From: the human T2T-CHM13v2.0 reference genome, Homo sapiens
DNA: 64,000 bases
Reading direction: 5' to 3' (one strand)
NCBI RefSeq assembly: GCF_009914755.1
Contig: NC_060940.1
Below, in pieces: positions 24,539-38,100 of this stretch. The position numbers and the translations under genes are program-made. The stretch's first letter is position 1. Each line of letters begins with the position of its first letter. Under the pieces are notes generated by a model. It was not told where the DNA came from. It saw nothing but the letters and a program-made list of their open reading frames with translations, and ran no database searches.

Positions 24539-27500
24539 CTATTTCCATGTCACATAGTCATCAGATTCACCAAAGTCAGTGCAAAAAAAAATTTAAGATC
24601 AGTTAGAGAGAAAGGGCAGGTTACTCACAGAGTGAATTCCATCAGACTAGCAGCAGACCTCTCAGCAGACTCCTTGCAACCAGAAGAGGTTAGGGGCCTA
24701 TCTGCAGAGTTTTTAAAGGAAAAAAAAATTAACCAATAATTTTATATCCCTCTAAACTAAGCTTCATAGGTGAAAGAGGAAAAAAAAATTCCTTTGACAA
24801 GCAAATGCTGACGTGATACATTTAAACTAGACCAGCCTTACAAGAGGTCTTTAAGGTAGTGCTAAACATGGATTCAAGTGAATGATATCTGCTACCAAAA
24901 AAGCTCACTTAAGCACATAGCCCACAGGCACTATAAAGCAATAATGCAATCAACTCTACATAACAACCAGCTAACAACATGATGGTGAATTCAAAATCAC
25001 ACATATCAATACTCACCTAACATGTAAGTAAGCTAAACACCACAGTTAAAAGACACAAAGTGGCATCCTGGATAAAAAGACAGTACCCATCCATCTGTTG
25101 CTTTCAAGACACACCCTTTGCCTCAGAGTAAAAGGGTGGAGCGTATTCTACCATGCAAACGAAACAAAAACAAGCAGCAGTCACTATTCTTATATTAGAT
25201 AAAACAAATTTAAACCAAAAAAAAAAAACACTAAGAGGGACAAGAAGAGCATTTTGATAAAGGGTGCAATCTAACAAGAAGCCTTAACTATCTTAAATAT
25301 ATATGTGATTACCACTGGAGCATCCAAATTCATAAAATGACTTCTTCTTTGCCTACCAATGAAAAGAAGAATAACAAGGGCATATTGATAAAGGATAAAA
25401 TCCTGTGAGAAGCCTTAAATATCTTAAATATATATACACTTAATATTGGAGCACCCAGATTTACAAAATGACTTTTTCTTTCCCCACAAAAAGGCTTAGA
25501 CAACATCACAATAGTAGTAAGAGTCTTCAACACCCTACTTACAGCATTAGACATATCACTGAGGCCAAAAAAAAAAAAAAAAAAACTAACAGGAAAACTC
25601 TGGAGTTAAACTCCACACTTGACCAATTGGACCTAATAGACATCTATTGAAAACTCCATCGAACAACCACAGAATGTACATTTTTCTCATCTGCACAAAA
25701 AAAAATTCTAAGATCAACCACGTGCTCAGTGATAAATAAAGCCTGAATAGATTAAGGAAAAATGAAATCTCACCAAGCACACTGTTGGAGCACAGTACAA
25801 TAAAAAATACAAATGCATACCAAGATCTCTCAAAACTACAGAAATACATGAAAATTAAACAACTTACTCCTGAATAAATCCTTTGTAAACATCAAAGTAA
25901 GGCAGAAATATAAAAATTACTTGAAATTGATAGAAATAGGAACACAACTTAACAAAATTTCTAAGATGCAGCCAAAGCAGTGTTAAGAGAAAACTTTATA
26001 GCCCTAAATGCCTTTATCAAGAAGTTAGAAATGTCTCAAATTAACGATGTAACTTTGCACCTAAAGGAACTTGAAAAAAAGAACCAACCAACCCCAAAGC
26101 TAGCATGAGAGAAGACATAACAGCAATTAGAGAAGAATTTAATGAAGTTGAGATGCAAAAATGTATACAACAGTCCAAGAAAACAAAAAATTGGTTCTTC
26201 AAAAAAAATTGATAAGCTCCTAGCCAAATTAACAAATATAAAAAAGAAAGAGAAGATCCAAATAAGCACAATAAAAATGACAGGTTATATTAGAATGGAT
26301 CAGATAGAGATACAAAAGATCCTCAGCGAGTACTATGAACAGCTCTGCACGCAAATTAGAAAATCTGGAGAAAATGAATAAATTCCAGGAAGCACACAGT
26401 CTCCCAAGATGGAATCAGAAAGAGATCAAAACTCTAAGTAGACAAATATCAACTTCTGACATTGAGTCAGTACTAAAGAACCTACCAACAACAACAACAA
26501 CAACAAAAAGGCCTGAAACAGGTAGATTGGCTGCTGAGTTTTACCAGACATACTAAGAAGAAATGATATCAATCCTACTAAAATTATTTCAAAATATCGA
26601 GGCGGTGGGGCTCCTTCCTAACTCATTCTTTGAAACCAGCAGTAGCATGATATGAAAATCTGGCAGAGACACTGTGAAAAAACAAAACTTCAGACCAAGA
26701 TCCCTCATGAACAGAAAATGTAAAAATCCTCAACAAAATACTAGCAAACCAAATTCAGCACCACATCAGAAAGGTAATACACCATGGTCAAGTAGGCTTT
26801 ATTCCTGGGATGCAAGCTGGTTCAACATATGCAAACCAATAAATGTGATTCACCAGCTAAATAGAATCAAAAGTAAAAACCATATGATTTTCTAAACAGA
26901 TACACAAAGGTCTTCTTAATAAAATCCAACACTACTTCATGGTAAAAATCCTCAATAGACTAGGCATCCAAGGAACATACCTTAAAATAATAAGAGTCAT
27001 CTATGGGAAACCCACAGTCAACATCATACTCAATAGGTTAAAAACTTAAAACTATTTCTATGAGAACTGAAACAAGACAAGGATGCTCACTCACAGCACT
27101 CCTATTCAGCTTAGTACTGGAAGTCCTATGCAGAGCAATCAGGCAAGAGAAAGAAAAAGTAACGAAACAGGAAAAGAAGTCAAACTATCTCTCTTCGCTG
27201 AAAATATGATCCTATGCCTAGAAAATCCTAGAGATTCTGCCAGAAGGCTCCTAGAATTAATAACTTTAGTATAGTCTCAGGATACAAAATCAGTGTAAAC
27301 AGTACTGATTATGGTGAAATAAGTAGCATTTCCATACACCAACAATGTCCAGGCCAAGAGTGAAATCAAGAACACAATTCCACTTAAAATAGCCACAAAA
27401 AAGAGAAATACCTAGGAATACAGATAACCAAGGAAATGAAAGATCTCTTCAAGGAGAACTACAAAACACTGCTGAAAGTCACACACCTACAACCATATGA

Positions 27501-28779
27501 TATTTGACAAGGCTGGCAAGAACAAGCAATGGGGAAAGGACTCCCTAGTCAATACATTCTGGGATAACTGGTTTGCCATAGGCAGAAGATTGAACCTAGA
27601 CCTTTACCTTGCAACATGCCCCAAAATTAAATTTAAATGGATTAAAAATTTAAGTGTAAGACCTCAAACTATAAAAATTCTGGAAGATAACCTAGGAAAT
27701 ATTTTTTTGACATCAGCCTTGGCAAGTCGTTTTTGGCTAAGTCCCCAAAAGCAATTGCAACCAAAACAAAAATAGACAAGTAGGACTTAATTTGACTAAA
27801 TAGCTTCTGCACAGCAAAATAAACTATCAACAGGGGAAAGAGGCATCCTCCAGAATGGGAGGAGATATTCACAAACTATGAGTCTAACAAAAGCCTAATA
27901 TCCAGACTCCATAGGGAACTCAAATCAACAAGCCAAAAAAAAAAAACCATTAAAAAATAAAAAATGGGCAAATGAGATGAACAGATATGCCTGAACAGAA
28001 GATATACAAGTGGCCAACAAACATGAAAAATTGCTCAGCATCAGTAATTATCAGATAAATGCAAATCAGAACCACAATGAGGTACCATCTCATGTTAGTC
28101 AGAATGGCTATTACTAAAAAGTCAATAAATAACATGTTGGCAAGGCTGTGCAGAAAAGGAAACACTTTACGTCACTGGCAGGATTGTAAATTAGTTCAGC
28201 AATCATGGAGAGCAGTCTCGAGATTTCTGAAAGAACTTAAAACAGAACTACCAATTTACCCAGCAATCCTACAACTGGGTATATACCCAAAAGAAAATAA
28301 ATCATTCTACCAAAAAGACATATGCACTTGAATGCATCACTGTGCTATTCACAATAGCAAAGATGTGGGATCAATCCAGACGCCCATCAATGGTATATTG
28401 GATAAAGAAAACCTGATATGTATACACCATGGAATACTACACAGCTGTGAAATATAATGAAATCATGTCCTTGGTATGAACATAGGTGGAACCAGAGGCC
28501 ATAATTTCAAGCAAATTAATGCAGAAACAGAAAGCCAAATACTGCATGTTCTTACTTATAAGAGCTAAACATTGAGCATATATGGACATAAATATGGGAA
28601 CAGTAAACACGGTGGACTACTAAAGTGTGCAGAGGGGAGGACAAGTTAATATACTACATATTGGTTGCTGTGCTCACTACCTATGTGCTCCAAACCTGAG
28701 CATTATACAATATTCCTACATAACAAATCTGTGCCTGTAACCCCTGAATCTAAAATAAAAGTTGAAATTTTTTAAAAAG

Positions 28780-30000
28780 TCTTTTCACCTATGAACAGAA
28801 GATACTGTTCCATTTATTTGTACCTTTGATTTCTTACAGCAGCATTTTGAAAGTTTTTATTGTACAAATAGTTTGTCATCCTGGTTAAATTGATTCCAGA
28901 GCATTTTATTCTTTTTAATACTGTTGTTCATGGTATTGTTTTCTTAATTTCCTTTTCAGATTAATCATTATTGGTGTGCATCAATGCAACTGAGTTTTGT
29001 AAGTTAATTTTGTATCCTGCAACATTACTTAATTTGTTTAAACTGTTTTGAGGTGTTTTTCTGTTTGTACAATCTTCAGAATTGTGTGCATACATGATTA
29101 CTGTGAACAGAGATATTTCTATTTTATTCTTTTTAACATACGCATTTTTGTCTTTATTTTATTTTTGTTATTGCTTAAGCTAAAGTTTTATATACTCTGT
29201 TGAGTGGAAGTGGTAAAAAAGAGGAACTATTTTTAGTTCCTGATATTAAGGGAAAACATTTTTTGTATTTCACTGTTGATTATGTTGTGTGTTTGTACCA
29301 TGAATGAGTAATATCTTGTAGAATGCTTTTTCTGTGTAAATTGAGATATTGTGGTGTTTAACAGTACTAATGCGGTATATTATGATTATTTGTTTATTTA
29401 TTTATTATTTATTTATTTTTAGAGACAGGATATTATGATGTTGTTTAGACTGCTCTTGAACTCCTGGACTGAAGTGAACCTATCACCTTAGCATCCTGGG
29501 TAACTGGGATTACAGGCACAAGCCACTGTGCCTGGCTACATTTATTGATATTTATATGTTAAAGCATCTTTGCACTTCAGTAATAACTCTCAATTAGTCT
29601 TGGTAGATAACCCTCTTATTATTCTGCTAAATATATTTTGCTAATATTTATTTTATAGTTTTTATATTATTTATAAAGAACATTTTTCTTCAACTTTCTT
29701 TTCTTGTAGTGCTTTTGTTCATTTTTTATGTCACTGTAATTTTGGCCTACCTCATAGAATAAATTTGGAAGTGTTTCTGCATCTTCAGGTTTTTGCAAGA
29801 GTTTGAGGATAATTGGTAATTAATTCTTAAAATGTTTGATAGATTCAGCAGCATAACAGTTTTGTACTTTTTTTTCTGGAGGGGTGATTTTTGCATCAAT
29901 CTGCAACTATAGGTCTGTTCAGATTTTCTATTTGTTCATGACTCAGTGTCAGTACATTGTGTATTTCTACATATACATGTGTCGACTTTATCAACATTAT
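28780..30000 (-). mobile_element. Continuation of the old antisense L1, with a FLAM/AluJ monomer at ~29410-29540
   Basis: Antisense ORF2 text 'gttaattttgtatcctgcaacattactt'; Alu monomer 'gggattacaggcacaagccactgtgcctggct'. Confidence 0.75.
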
Positions 30001-30824
30001 TCAATTTCCTTGTGGTCTCTTAGAGACTTATTTAACAAGATCTGAGGCATACAGTTCTTTCAGTTGTATTCTGCTACCATGTATTTATTCTGCTGTTGAT
30101 GTAGTGGTTATGTGAGAGCTTAGGCAAAGCACTCTATTGACTTATGCATTAGCCTCATTAAAACAAATCAAAACAAAACAGTGTATCCCTAGGCTGTGAA
30201 TTTCATGAGGACTTCTCACTCTTTACCTCTCTTAACTGGATCAAGAAGGTTAGAGGGGGATGGAATTGGGCATTTCTCTTACTCCAGGAAGTCTGGCTCT
30301 GGTAAAATCTCAGTTGGTTAGGCTTTTGATACATAGTTTATATTGAAGATAGGAATGTTAAAAAGAAAATTTTCTGGGAATAGTTAAAAATGGCTACATT
30401 TCCCTTCCTCCTACTGGAATCAAGAAGCATTTTTTCTATCATCTTCCCTGTAAAAGCCATGTCATGTTTCTGAAAGTAAAGTTCATAAATTTGTATACCC
30501 TGAAAATGTTAATTCTCAAACTTTTAGCCATTCATCAACAATGGTTTGTTTTCTTACAACTGTATTTGTTCCCATAGGGGTTTCTTGTGGTTTACTAACC
30601 AAGTAAGTTATAATTCTCTGGATGTGTGTGTCCTTCTGTCCAATTTGGGATGGTGATTTGCCCTGTGAACTTATTTTTCTGATAGATGTTAGGAGAATTG
30701 CTGGCCTATGTTTCCCTTTTTACTTTCGCTGATGCGAATGTCACCTTCTACGTCCTTACTTGCCAGGCTGACCAAAAGGAACTATCTTCACTTTTTGATG
30801 GTTGTCTCTATTTTTAATCCTAAA

Positions 30825-30826
<2 letters not shown>

Positions 30827-30870
<44 letters not shown>
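30827..30870. repeat. (TG)n microsatellite
   Basis: Pure TG run. Confidence 0.98.
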
Positions 30871-30873
<3 letters not shown>

Positions 30874-30874
30874 A

Positions 30875-31340
30875 AATAATACAGTAAGAGGAAACCTGGG
30901 TGGTCCCTTTTCTGGTACCAGCAGCAGATTGAAACCATTCAAACCCCTGTCCATGGGAATAAATTCTCACCCTAGCATGCCACCTACCCTCAATAAAAAT
31001 CCAGGCCTGGCTCCTTTTCTTGCACATTCAAGCCATGTCAGATCACCTTGAAAGGCCTTCCTACTTACCTCACAAATGTAATTTATGTGAGTAGTAATTT
31101 CTTACCCTCTTAAAGCCACATCTTTGCAAGTGACTAACAATTGGTGCCATGAGCAGACTGTTCAGACATTGCCCACCAACCTGAGGATCTGTCTTCTCTT
31201 GCTAAGTTGCTCTGCTGCTTAATGTCTGGCATGTACTTTGACCTGCTGCTTCCGGAGGAGTTAGTGCTTTGAGCTGTGCCGCTCTGTTTATTGTTCTGCC
31301 AAATTTGTGAACTAAAAACTCAGACTTCCACATTACAGGG
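30875..31340 (+). mobile_element. Probable ERVL-type LTR 3' half plus start of internal region
   Basis: LTR-like '..aataaaaatcc..gtgagtagtaa..ctaaca' followed by a PBS-like 'attggtgccatgagcag'. Confidence 0.4.
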
Positions 31341-31489
31341 GGAAATGACACAAATCGTGGGGTTTGATTCAAACATAATAAATCTTTAAATTTTTATCAT
31401 GCAATATAGTCACAAACGAATGAATAAAACATTTATCATAAGTTTTAGTGATAATAATGAAAACATTCTTAGAATCATCAAGATTTATT

Positions 31490-31685
31490 ACATATATTTA
31501 TAATATATATAATTAATATATAATATATAAATATATTTTATTATATATATTTATAATATATAATATATTATATAATATATTATATAATATAAATATATAT
31601 AATAAAATATATATTATATATATTAATATTTATATATATAATTATATATAAATATATATATTTATAATATTTTATATATATATAT
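31490..31685. repeat. AT-only low-complexity tract containing an 82-bp near-perfect palindrome (31531-31612)
   Basis: Arm 31531-31555 is the exact reverse complement of 31588-31612; the inner 31557-31586 is a perfect 30-nt palindrome; one A/A mismatch. Confidence 0.9.
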
Positions 31686-31975
31686 TTTTTGCCCCCGCCG
31701 CCGCATATTTTTGCCCCCGACGCCGAGGCTTTTTGCGGCTTTTTGCCCCCGCCGCCGCCCCTTTTTGCCGCCGCAGATTTTTGCTCCCGCCACCGCGGCT
31801 TCTTGCCCCCGCCGCCGCGGCTTTTTGCGGCTTTTTGCCCCTGCGGCATTTTGCTCCCGCCGCCGCCGGTTTTTGCCGCCGTGGCTTTTTGCCCCCGCCA
31901 CCGAGGCTTTTTGTCCCCGCCGCCCCAGCTTTTTGCCCCCGCCGCCGCCGCTTTTTGCCACCGCTGCCGCGGCTC
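31686..31975. repeat. GC-rich 'GGGCAAAAAGCCG' (CAAAAAG-type) tandem repeat
   Basis: Many ~20-22-bp units of 'gccgccgcggctttttgccccc'; this class of repeat is known from human pericentromeric duplication junctions. Confidence 0.85.
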
Positions 31976-32124
31976 TGAGGGCGGGAGCAGCACACTCGGC
32001 TGCCGGCTCTACCGGCGTCCTTGTTCAGGCGGCGCCGGGGGGCGCTCCTGGTCCAGCTCTCCCGGCTCGGGGGTTCCTTGCCTAGGCGCCCGCGCCCCGG
32101 GCTCCCCGCCTTGGCCGCTGCGGC

Positions 32125-32375
32125 CTGCATAGAGCGGCGCTGCGCGTAGCGGCCAGGGGAGAGAAGAAGGAGGGCGGTGGCGGGGGTGATGTGGCGGCCT
32201 CTTTGGGAGGCGCAGGGGCCGCAGCCAGCCAGACGCTGCAGCAGTGTGGGCAGCTCCAGAAGCTTGTGGGCAGCTCCAGAAGCTTATCCGCATCTCCATT
32301 GGCAGCCTGCGCCGGTTGCGCAACAAGTGCGCTGTGTCCAAGGACCTCACCCAGCAGGAGATACGGACCCTGGAG
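32125..32375 (+). pseudogene. KSR1: Duplicated (unprocessed) KSR1 exon 1 pseudogene fragment; probable intron-1 sequence follows
   Basis: Translates [45 protein letters not shown] / [30 protein letters not shown]|gtaag, against KSR1 [22 protein letters not shown]...[42 protein letters not shown] has become CTG, and a 20-bp tandem duplication shifts the frame. Confidence 0.95.
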
Positions 32376-33199
32376 GTAAGGGGGTCGTGGACCCAGGCTG
32401 GGCTCGAGGAGCGGCCCAGACACCTCCCCCCGTGCCCAAGTTCACTCCTGGCCGAGTTGCATCCTTGAGCCCGAGTCGCCCCGTTGGAGGCTTCCCCTCC
32501 CTCCTGCACTCGCTGATGCGGCAGCCGGAGGACCCGGGACCAGCCCTCACCTTGGGCAGGATCTGTGGGGCGGGTGCGTCGTGGGAACTGGCAGGGAGGC
32601 TTGAGGGGCCCATGGGCGAGGTGGGCTGCGAGCGGACATCCCCTTACCCCCTGAATTTCCATCTGGTCCAGCCCTCTCATCTTGTGGGTGAGGAAACCGA
32701 AGGCCTGAGGGAGAACTGACTTGCCTGGAACCCCTGTTAAGGAGAATTAACAAAGTGTGGTTATTAAAGGAGCACTGAGTTGGGAGTGAGACCTGGAGGC
32801 CCACACCCTTGGTTAAGACATAATACCACCTTGAGTCTGGCCTGTTGACTGAGGGTGAGCCACTCCATCCTCATCTGATTGTGGGGTCTTGACCTCAAGG
32901 GGTTGCCTGAAGGAAGAAGCACATGGGTTTGCTTTCCTAGCTCTGTCCAGTACCTTAGGGACCCTGAGGACTGGAGAGATTCTTGGAGAGCCATCTGGTG
33001 TATATCATGGGTGGGCCTTTTTTGAAGGTCAGTCTGCCCAGTGGGCTGGCTCAGCCCCAATGAACTGTCTTGAATCTTTGGAGTTGTCTGGGTACTTTTA
33101 AGGGCTTCTCATCCTTGCACCAAAAGATCCCCTGGAAATTAGGTGGGAAAACCTTAACTTTTGTGGGGCCTTGTGTTTGTCTTAAAAGTTCATGCACAT

Positions 33200-33458
33200 G
33201 GCCAGATGTGGTGGCTCACACCTGTTATCCTGTCCTGGATCCCTTGAGTCAAGGAGTTTGAGACTAACCTGGACAATATAGTGAGACCCTGTCTCTACAA
33301 AAAATAAAATATTAGCCAGGGGTGGTTGTGCACATCTGTAGTCCCAGCTACTACTGTGGCTGAGGTGGGAGGAGCACTTGAGCCTGCACTGAGCTGTGAT
33401 CTCACCAGTGTACTCCAGCCTGGGCCACAGAGCAAGACCCTGACTCAAAAAAAAAAAA
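33200..33458 (+). mobile_element. AluJ-like
   Basis: Diverged Alu dimer with poly-A tail. Confidence 0.9.
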
Positions 33459-33581
33459 ACCAACAAGAAAAATACTTGAAGATTTTTGCATTCTGTCCCA
33501 CTACCCATTGGTTGTCATGTGAAGATAATGTCAGAAATTCTTTACAATTGCTTCCAGAAGGAGTAGCCTTTTGATCTAGTG

Positions 33582-33770
33582 CACAGGTGTCTTTTGGCTT
33601 CTCAGGGTCACATTGGAAGAAGAATGCTCCTGGGCCACATATAAAATACACTAATGCTAACGATAGCTGATGAGCTTAAAAAAAAAAAAAGGTTTGTGCA
33701 TAATTTTCATGATACCCACCACCACAGATAGGTGGAAAAGTCCTTGTAGTCAAAGGGTTGGACGCGGCTG
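33582..33770. mobile_element. MER30B/MER107-like hAT element
   Basis: 'ttttggctt..cacattggaagaagaa..tgggccaca.ataaaatacactaa..gatagctgatgagct..caaagggttggac'. Confidence 0.75.
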
Positions 33771-34134
33771 ACCTAGTGTCTTGTCATCCGTTTTGGCTTC
33801 CTCCCTGATTCCAGAATGCAGGTATAGATGTAGAGACGTGCTCTCAGGACAGCTGTTGAGATAAAAAATTCTTTGTCATTTATTCCCAAGCACAGCTGTT
33901 TGTCATTTGCATTGAAAAAGTCTCCATTCAAACTGCTGTCACATATAAAATCTATTTATGTAAGTCTGTATTTTTCTGTAGTCTTGGCCTTTTGGGCAGT
34001 AGTGTGTTTTAACCGAGCAAACTGTCCTTCCAAATAATGAAGTCGAAGTCAGCCTACCTGCTTGCCATTTTTCTTCCCCTTCCATTTTTCTAACTTCAGG
34101 ATAATTGTAAGAATGAATTAAACTTTATGTTGAA

Positions 34135-34265
34135 GGCCGGGCACAGTGTCTCAGGCCTGTAATCCCAGCACTTTGGGAGGCGGAGAGGGATGTATCACTT
34201 GAGCTCAGGAGTTGAAGACCAGCCTGGGCAACATACTGAGACTCCGTCTTGTATAATTAAATTAA
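34135..34265 (+). mobile_element. FLAM/Alu left monomer
   Basis: 'ggccgggcacagtg..gaccagcctgggcaacatac.gagactccgtct'. Confidence 0.85.
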
Positions 34266-35149
34266 AATGTTTAAAAAGAAGAGAAAAAGACCTGTGTTTA
34301 AATTTTAAAAAAGGGGAAATTGTAATGCAAAATGTGGACTATGCCAGCTATGATTGGGAAAAATAATTTTTCCTACAGCATTATCTGTAGACTTGTATTA
34401 GCAGCATACTGGTCATAAGCGTTTTGCTTTCCTCAAACATGATGAGGTAAGCTACTTTAAAGTGTGGTAGGGCTGTCTTCCACGTGGCTCCTGGTGGTGT
34501 TGAGTCCCAATTTAGCCAATTAATTTGGGTTTAGTTTTGATGTGGATAAGGGAGACCAGCTTCATTCATGGTGCACACACAGTTTTGCCAATAAGGGAAA
34601 AAAAAAGCAACCTGAATGTTCCTACTCATTAGATTCTATCTGGAGAGCTCCTACCCCACCCCCACCAAGGCCCAGACCCTTAAAAAGACTCAGTGCAGCC
34701 TTTCTGTATCTCATACTGTATTCTGCAAGATGCTCCTGTGAAAGAAAGTTGTGCTGCATCAGCCGTCTCCCTCCTGAAGATCCCTGCGGATGAGGATTTG
34801 TGTTTTAAAGGTTCTGAGAAGTCCTGCAATGACAGTCCTCAAACGTATTTGTCCAGGGGATCTTTTCTTCCACTGAACGTAGTTGGGGAGACACGGCCTT
34901 AAGCCTTGAGCAGAGAAAGAGACAAGAAGCTGTTGGCTCACTTACAACCAAGTGTTGTGTTTATGTGTTAGGTTTTCATGAAAGTGAGGTGCTGTTTGAG
35001 GTTCTAAATCAAATTGGGTGGTTGAGGAGAGCCTGGTATCCCTGTAGACTTAGCCAGCCATGAGAGGTTGCCTTTTGTTGAAGGAGGTATTTTACAAAGG
35101 GAAGTAGGATGTCTCCTGGGCATCACATTAGCACTTAAATATATGTATC

Positions 35150-38100
35150 ACTGAAATGAAATGAAATGATGAAATGAAATGATGAAATGGTGAAATGAAA
35201 TAATGAAATGAAAGGAAATGATGAAATGAAGAAATGAACTGATGAAATGAAATGATAAAATGATGAAATGAAATGATGAGATGAAGTGAAATGGTGAAAT
35301 GATGAAATTAAATGATGAAATGATGAAATGATGAAATGATGAAATGGAATGATGAAATGATGAAATGGTGAAATGAGATGATGAAATGAAATGACGAAGT
35401 GAAATGATGAAATGAAATGAAATGATAAAATGATGAAATGAAATGAAAAGATGAAATGATGAAGAAATATGAAATGAAATGAAATGAGGAAATGAAGTGA
35501 AATGATGAAATGATGAAATAATAAAATGAAATGAAATGATGAATTGATGAAATGAAATGATGAAATGAAATGAAATGATGAGATGAAAAGATGAAATGAA
35601 ATGATTAAATGAAATGATGAGATGGAAAGATGAAACGAAATGATGAGATGAAATGATGAGATGAAATGATGAAGTGAGGAGATGAAGTGAAATGATGAAA
35701 TGAAATGATGAAATGATGAAGTGAAATGATGACATGAAATGATGAAATGAAATAATGAAAGGATGAAATGATGAGATGAAATGATGAAAGGAAATGAAAT
35801 GATGAAATGAGGAAATGAAATGAAATGATGAAGTGAAATGATGAAATAATGAAACTAAATGAAAAGATGAAATGATGAAATGAAATGATGAAATGATATG
35901 AAATGATGAAATAAAGTGAAATGATGAAATGATGAAATGAAATTAAAAGAAATGATAAAATGAAATGATGAAATTATATGAAATAATGAAATGATGAAGT
36001 GAAGTGAAATGATGAAATGATGAAATGATGAAATAATGAAATGAAATGAAATGATAAATTGATGAATTGATAAAATGAAATGAAATGAAATGACGAGATG
36101 AAAAGATGAAATGAAATGATGAAATGAAATGACGAGATGAAAAGATGAAATGATGAGATGAAATGAAATGACTAGATGAAATCATGAGATGAAATGGTGT
36201 AATGATGAGATGAAGTGAAATGATGAGATGAAATGAAATCATGAGATGAAATGATGAAATGATGAAATGAATGAAATGAAATGAGATGAAATGATGAGAT
36301 GAAATGATGAGATGAAATGATGAAATGAAAGGAAATGATGAAATGATGAAACAAAATGAAATGAAGAAATGAAATGATGAAATGAAATGATAAAATGATG
36401 AAATGAGATGAAAAGTAATGGTGAAATGAGGAAATGAAATGAAATGATGAGATGAAATGAAATGAAATGATGAAATGATGAAATGGAATGATAAAATGAT
36501 GAAGTGATGGAATGGTGCAATGAAATGAGGAAATGAAATGAAATGAAGAAATGAAATGATGAAGTGAAATGATGAAATGAAATGAAATGATGAAATGATG
36601 AAATGAAATGAAAAGATGAAATGAAATGAAGAAATGATACGAAATGATGAAATGAAATGAAGTGAAATGAAATGATGAAATGATGAAATGATGAAATGAA
36701 ATGATGAGATGAAAAGATAAAATGAAATAAAATGATTAAGTGAAATGACGAGATGAAAAGATGAAATGAAATGATATGAAATGAAATGATGAGATGAAAT
36801 GAAATCATGAGATAAAATGATGAAATGATGAGATGAAGTGAAATGATGAAATGAAATGATGAGATGAAATGATGAGATGAAATAATGAAATGAAAGAATG
36901 AAATGAAAGGATGAAATGATGAGATGAAATGAAAGGATGAAATGAAATGATGAAATGAGGAAATGAAATGATGAAACGAAATGATGAAGTGGAATGATGA
37001 AATTATGAAATGAAATTAAAAGATGAAATGATGAAATGATATGAAATGAAATGAAATGATGAAATGAAGTGAAATGATGAAATTAAATGATGAAATGAAA
37101 TGATGAAATAAATGAACTGAAATGATGATGAAATGAAATGATGAAATGAAATGACGAGATGAAAAGATGAACTGAAATGAAATGATGAAATGACGAGATG
37201 AAAACATGAAATGATGGGATGTAATGAAATGATGAGATGAAATCATGAGATGAAATGATGAGATGAAGTGAAATGATGAGATGAAATGAAATCATGAGAT
37301 GAAATGATGAAATGATGAAATGCAATGATGAAATGAAAGAATGAAATGAAATGATGAAATGATGAAATGACATGAAAAGATGAAATGATGAAATGAAATG
37401 ATATGAAATGATGAAATAAAGTGAAATGATGAAATGAAATTAAAAGAAATGATAAAATGAAATGATGAAATTATATGAAATGATGAAATGAAGTGAAATG
37501 ACGAAATGATGAAATAATGAAATGAAATGATGAAATGATGAATTGATGAAATGATGAAATGAAGTGAAATGACGAGATGAAAAGATGAAACGGTGAAATG
37601 AAATGAAGAGATGAAAAGATGAAATGAAATGATGAGATGAAATGAAATGACTACATGAAATGAAATCATGAGATGAAATGGTGTAATGATGAGATGAAGT
37701 GAAATGATGAGATGAAATGAAATCATGAGATGAAATGATGAAATGAATGAAATGAAATGATGAGATGAAATGATGAGATGAAATGATGATGAGATGAAAT
37801 GATGAAATGAAATGATGAGATGAAATGATGAGATGAAATGATGAAATGAAATGATGAAATGAAAGGAAATGATGAAATGATGAAACGAAATGATGAAATG
37901 AATAAATGAAATGATGAAATGAAATGATAAAATGAAATGATGAGATGAAATGTAATGGTGAAATGAGGAAATGAAATGATGAAATGAAATGATGAGATGA
38001 AATGAAATGATGAAATGATGAAATGGAATGATGAAATGAAATGATGAAATGATGAAGTGATGAAATGGTGCAATGAAATGAGGAAATGAAATGAAGAAAT

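Larger units (their letters stand above)
21832..28778 (+). mobile_element. Near full-length decayed primate L1 (old L1PA/L1PB age): 5'UTR, ORF1, ORF2, 3'UTR
   Basis: Starts 'ttccaagatggcttactggatgcagccagg'; ORF1/ORF2 remnants (IRLAADLS, LDLIDIY, MQIRTTMRYHL); ends 'cccctgaatctaaaataaaagttgaaa'. It interrupts an older antisense L1 that resumes at ~28780. Confidence 0.9.

Noticed and set aside
24480-28340. Short ORFs with L1 ORF1/ORF2 similarity as an active retrotransposon
   Set aside because: Fragmented by stops, frameshifts, a deletion and nested insertions
31580-32132. Overlapping Ala/Gly/Lys/Pro/Arg-rich ORFs on both strands
   Set aside because: Translations of the GC-rich tandem repeat
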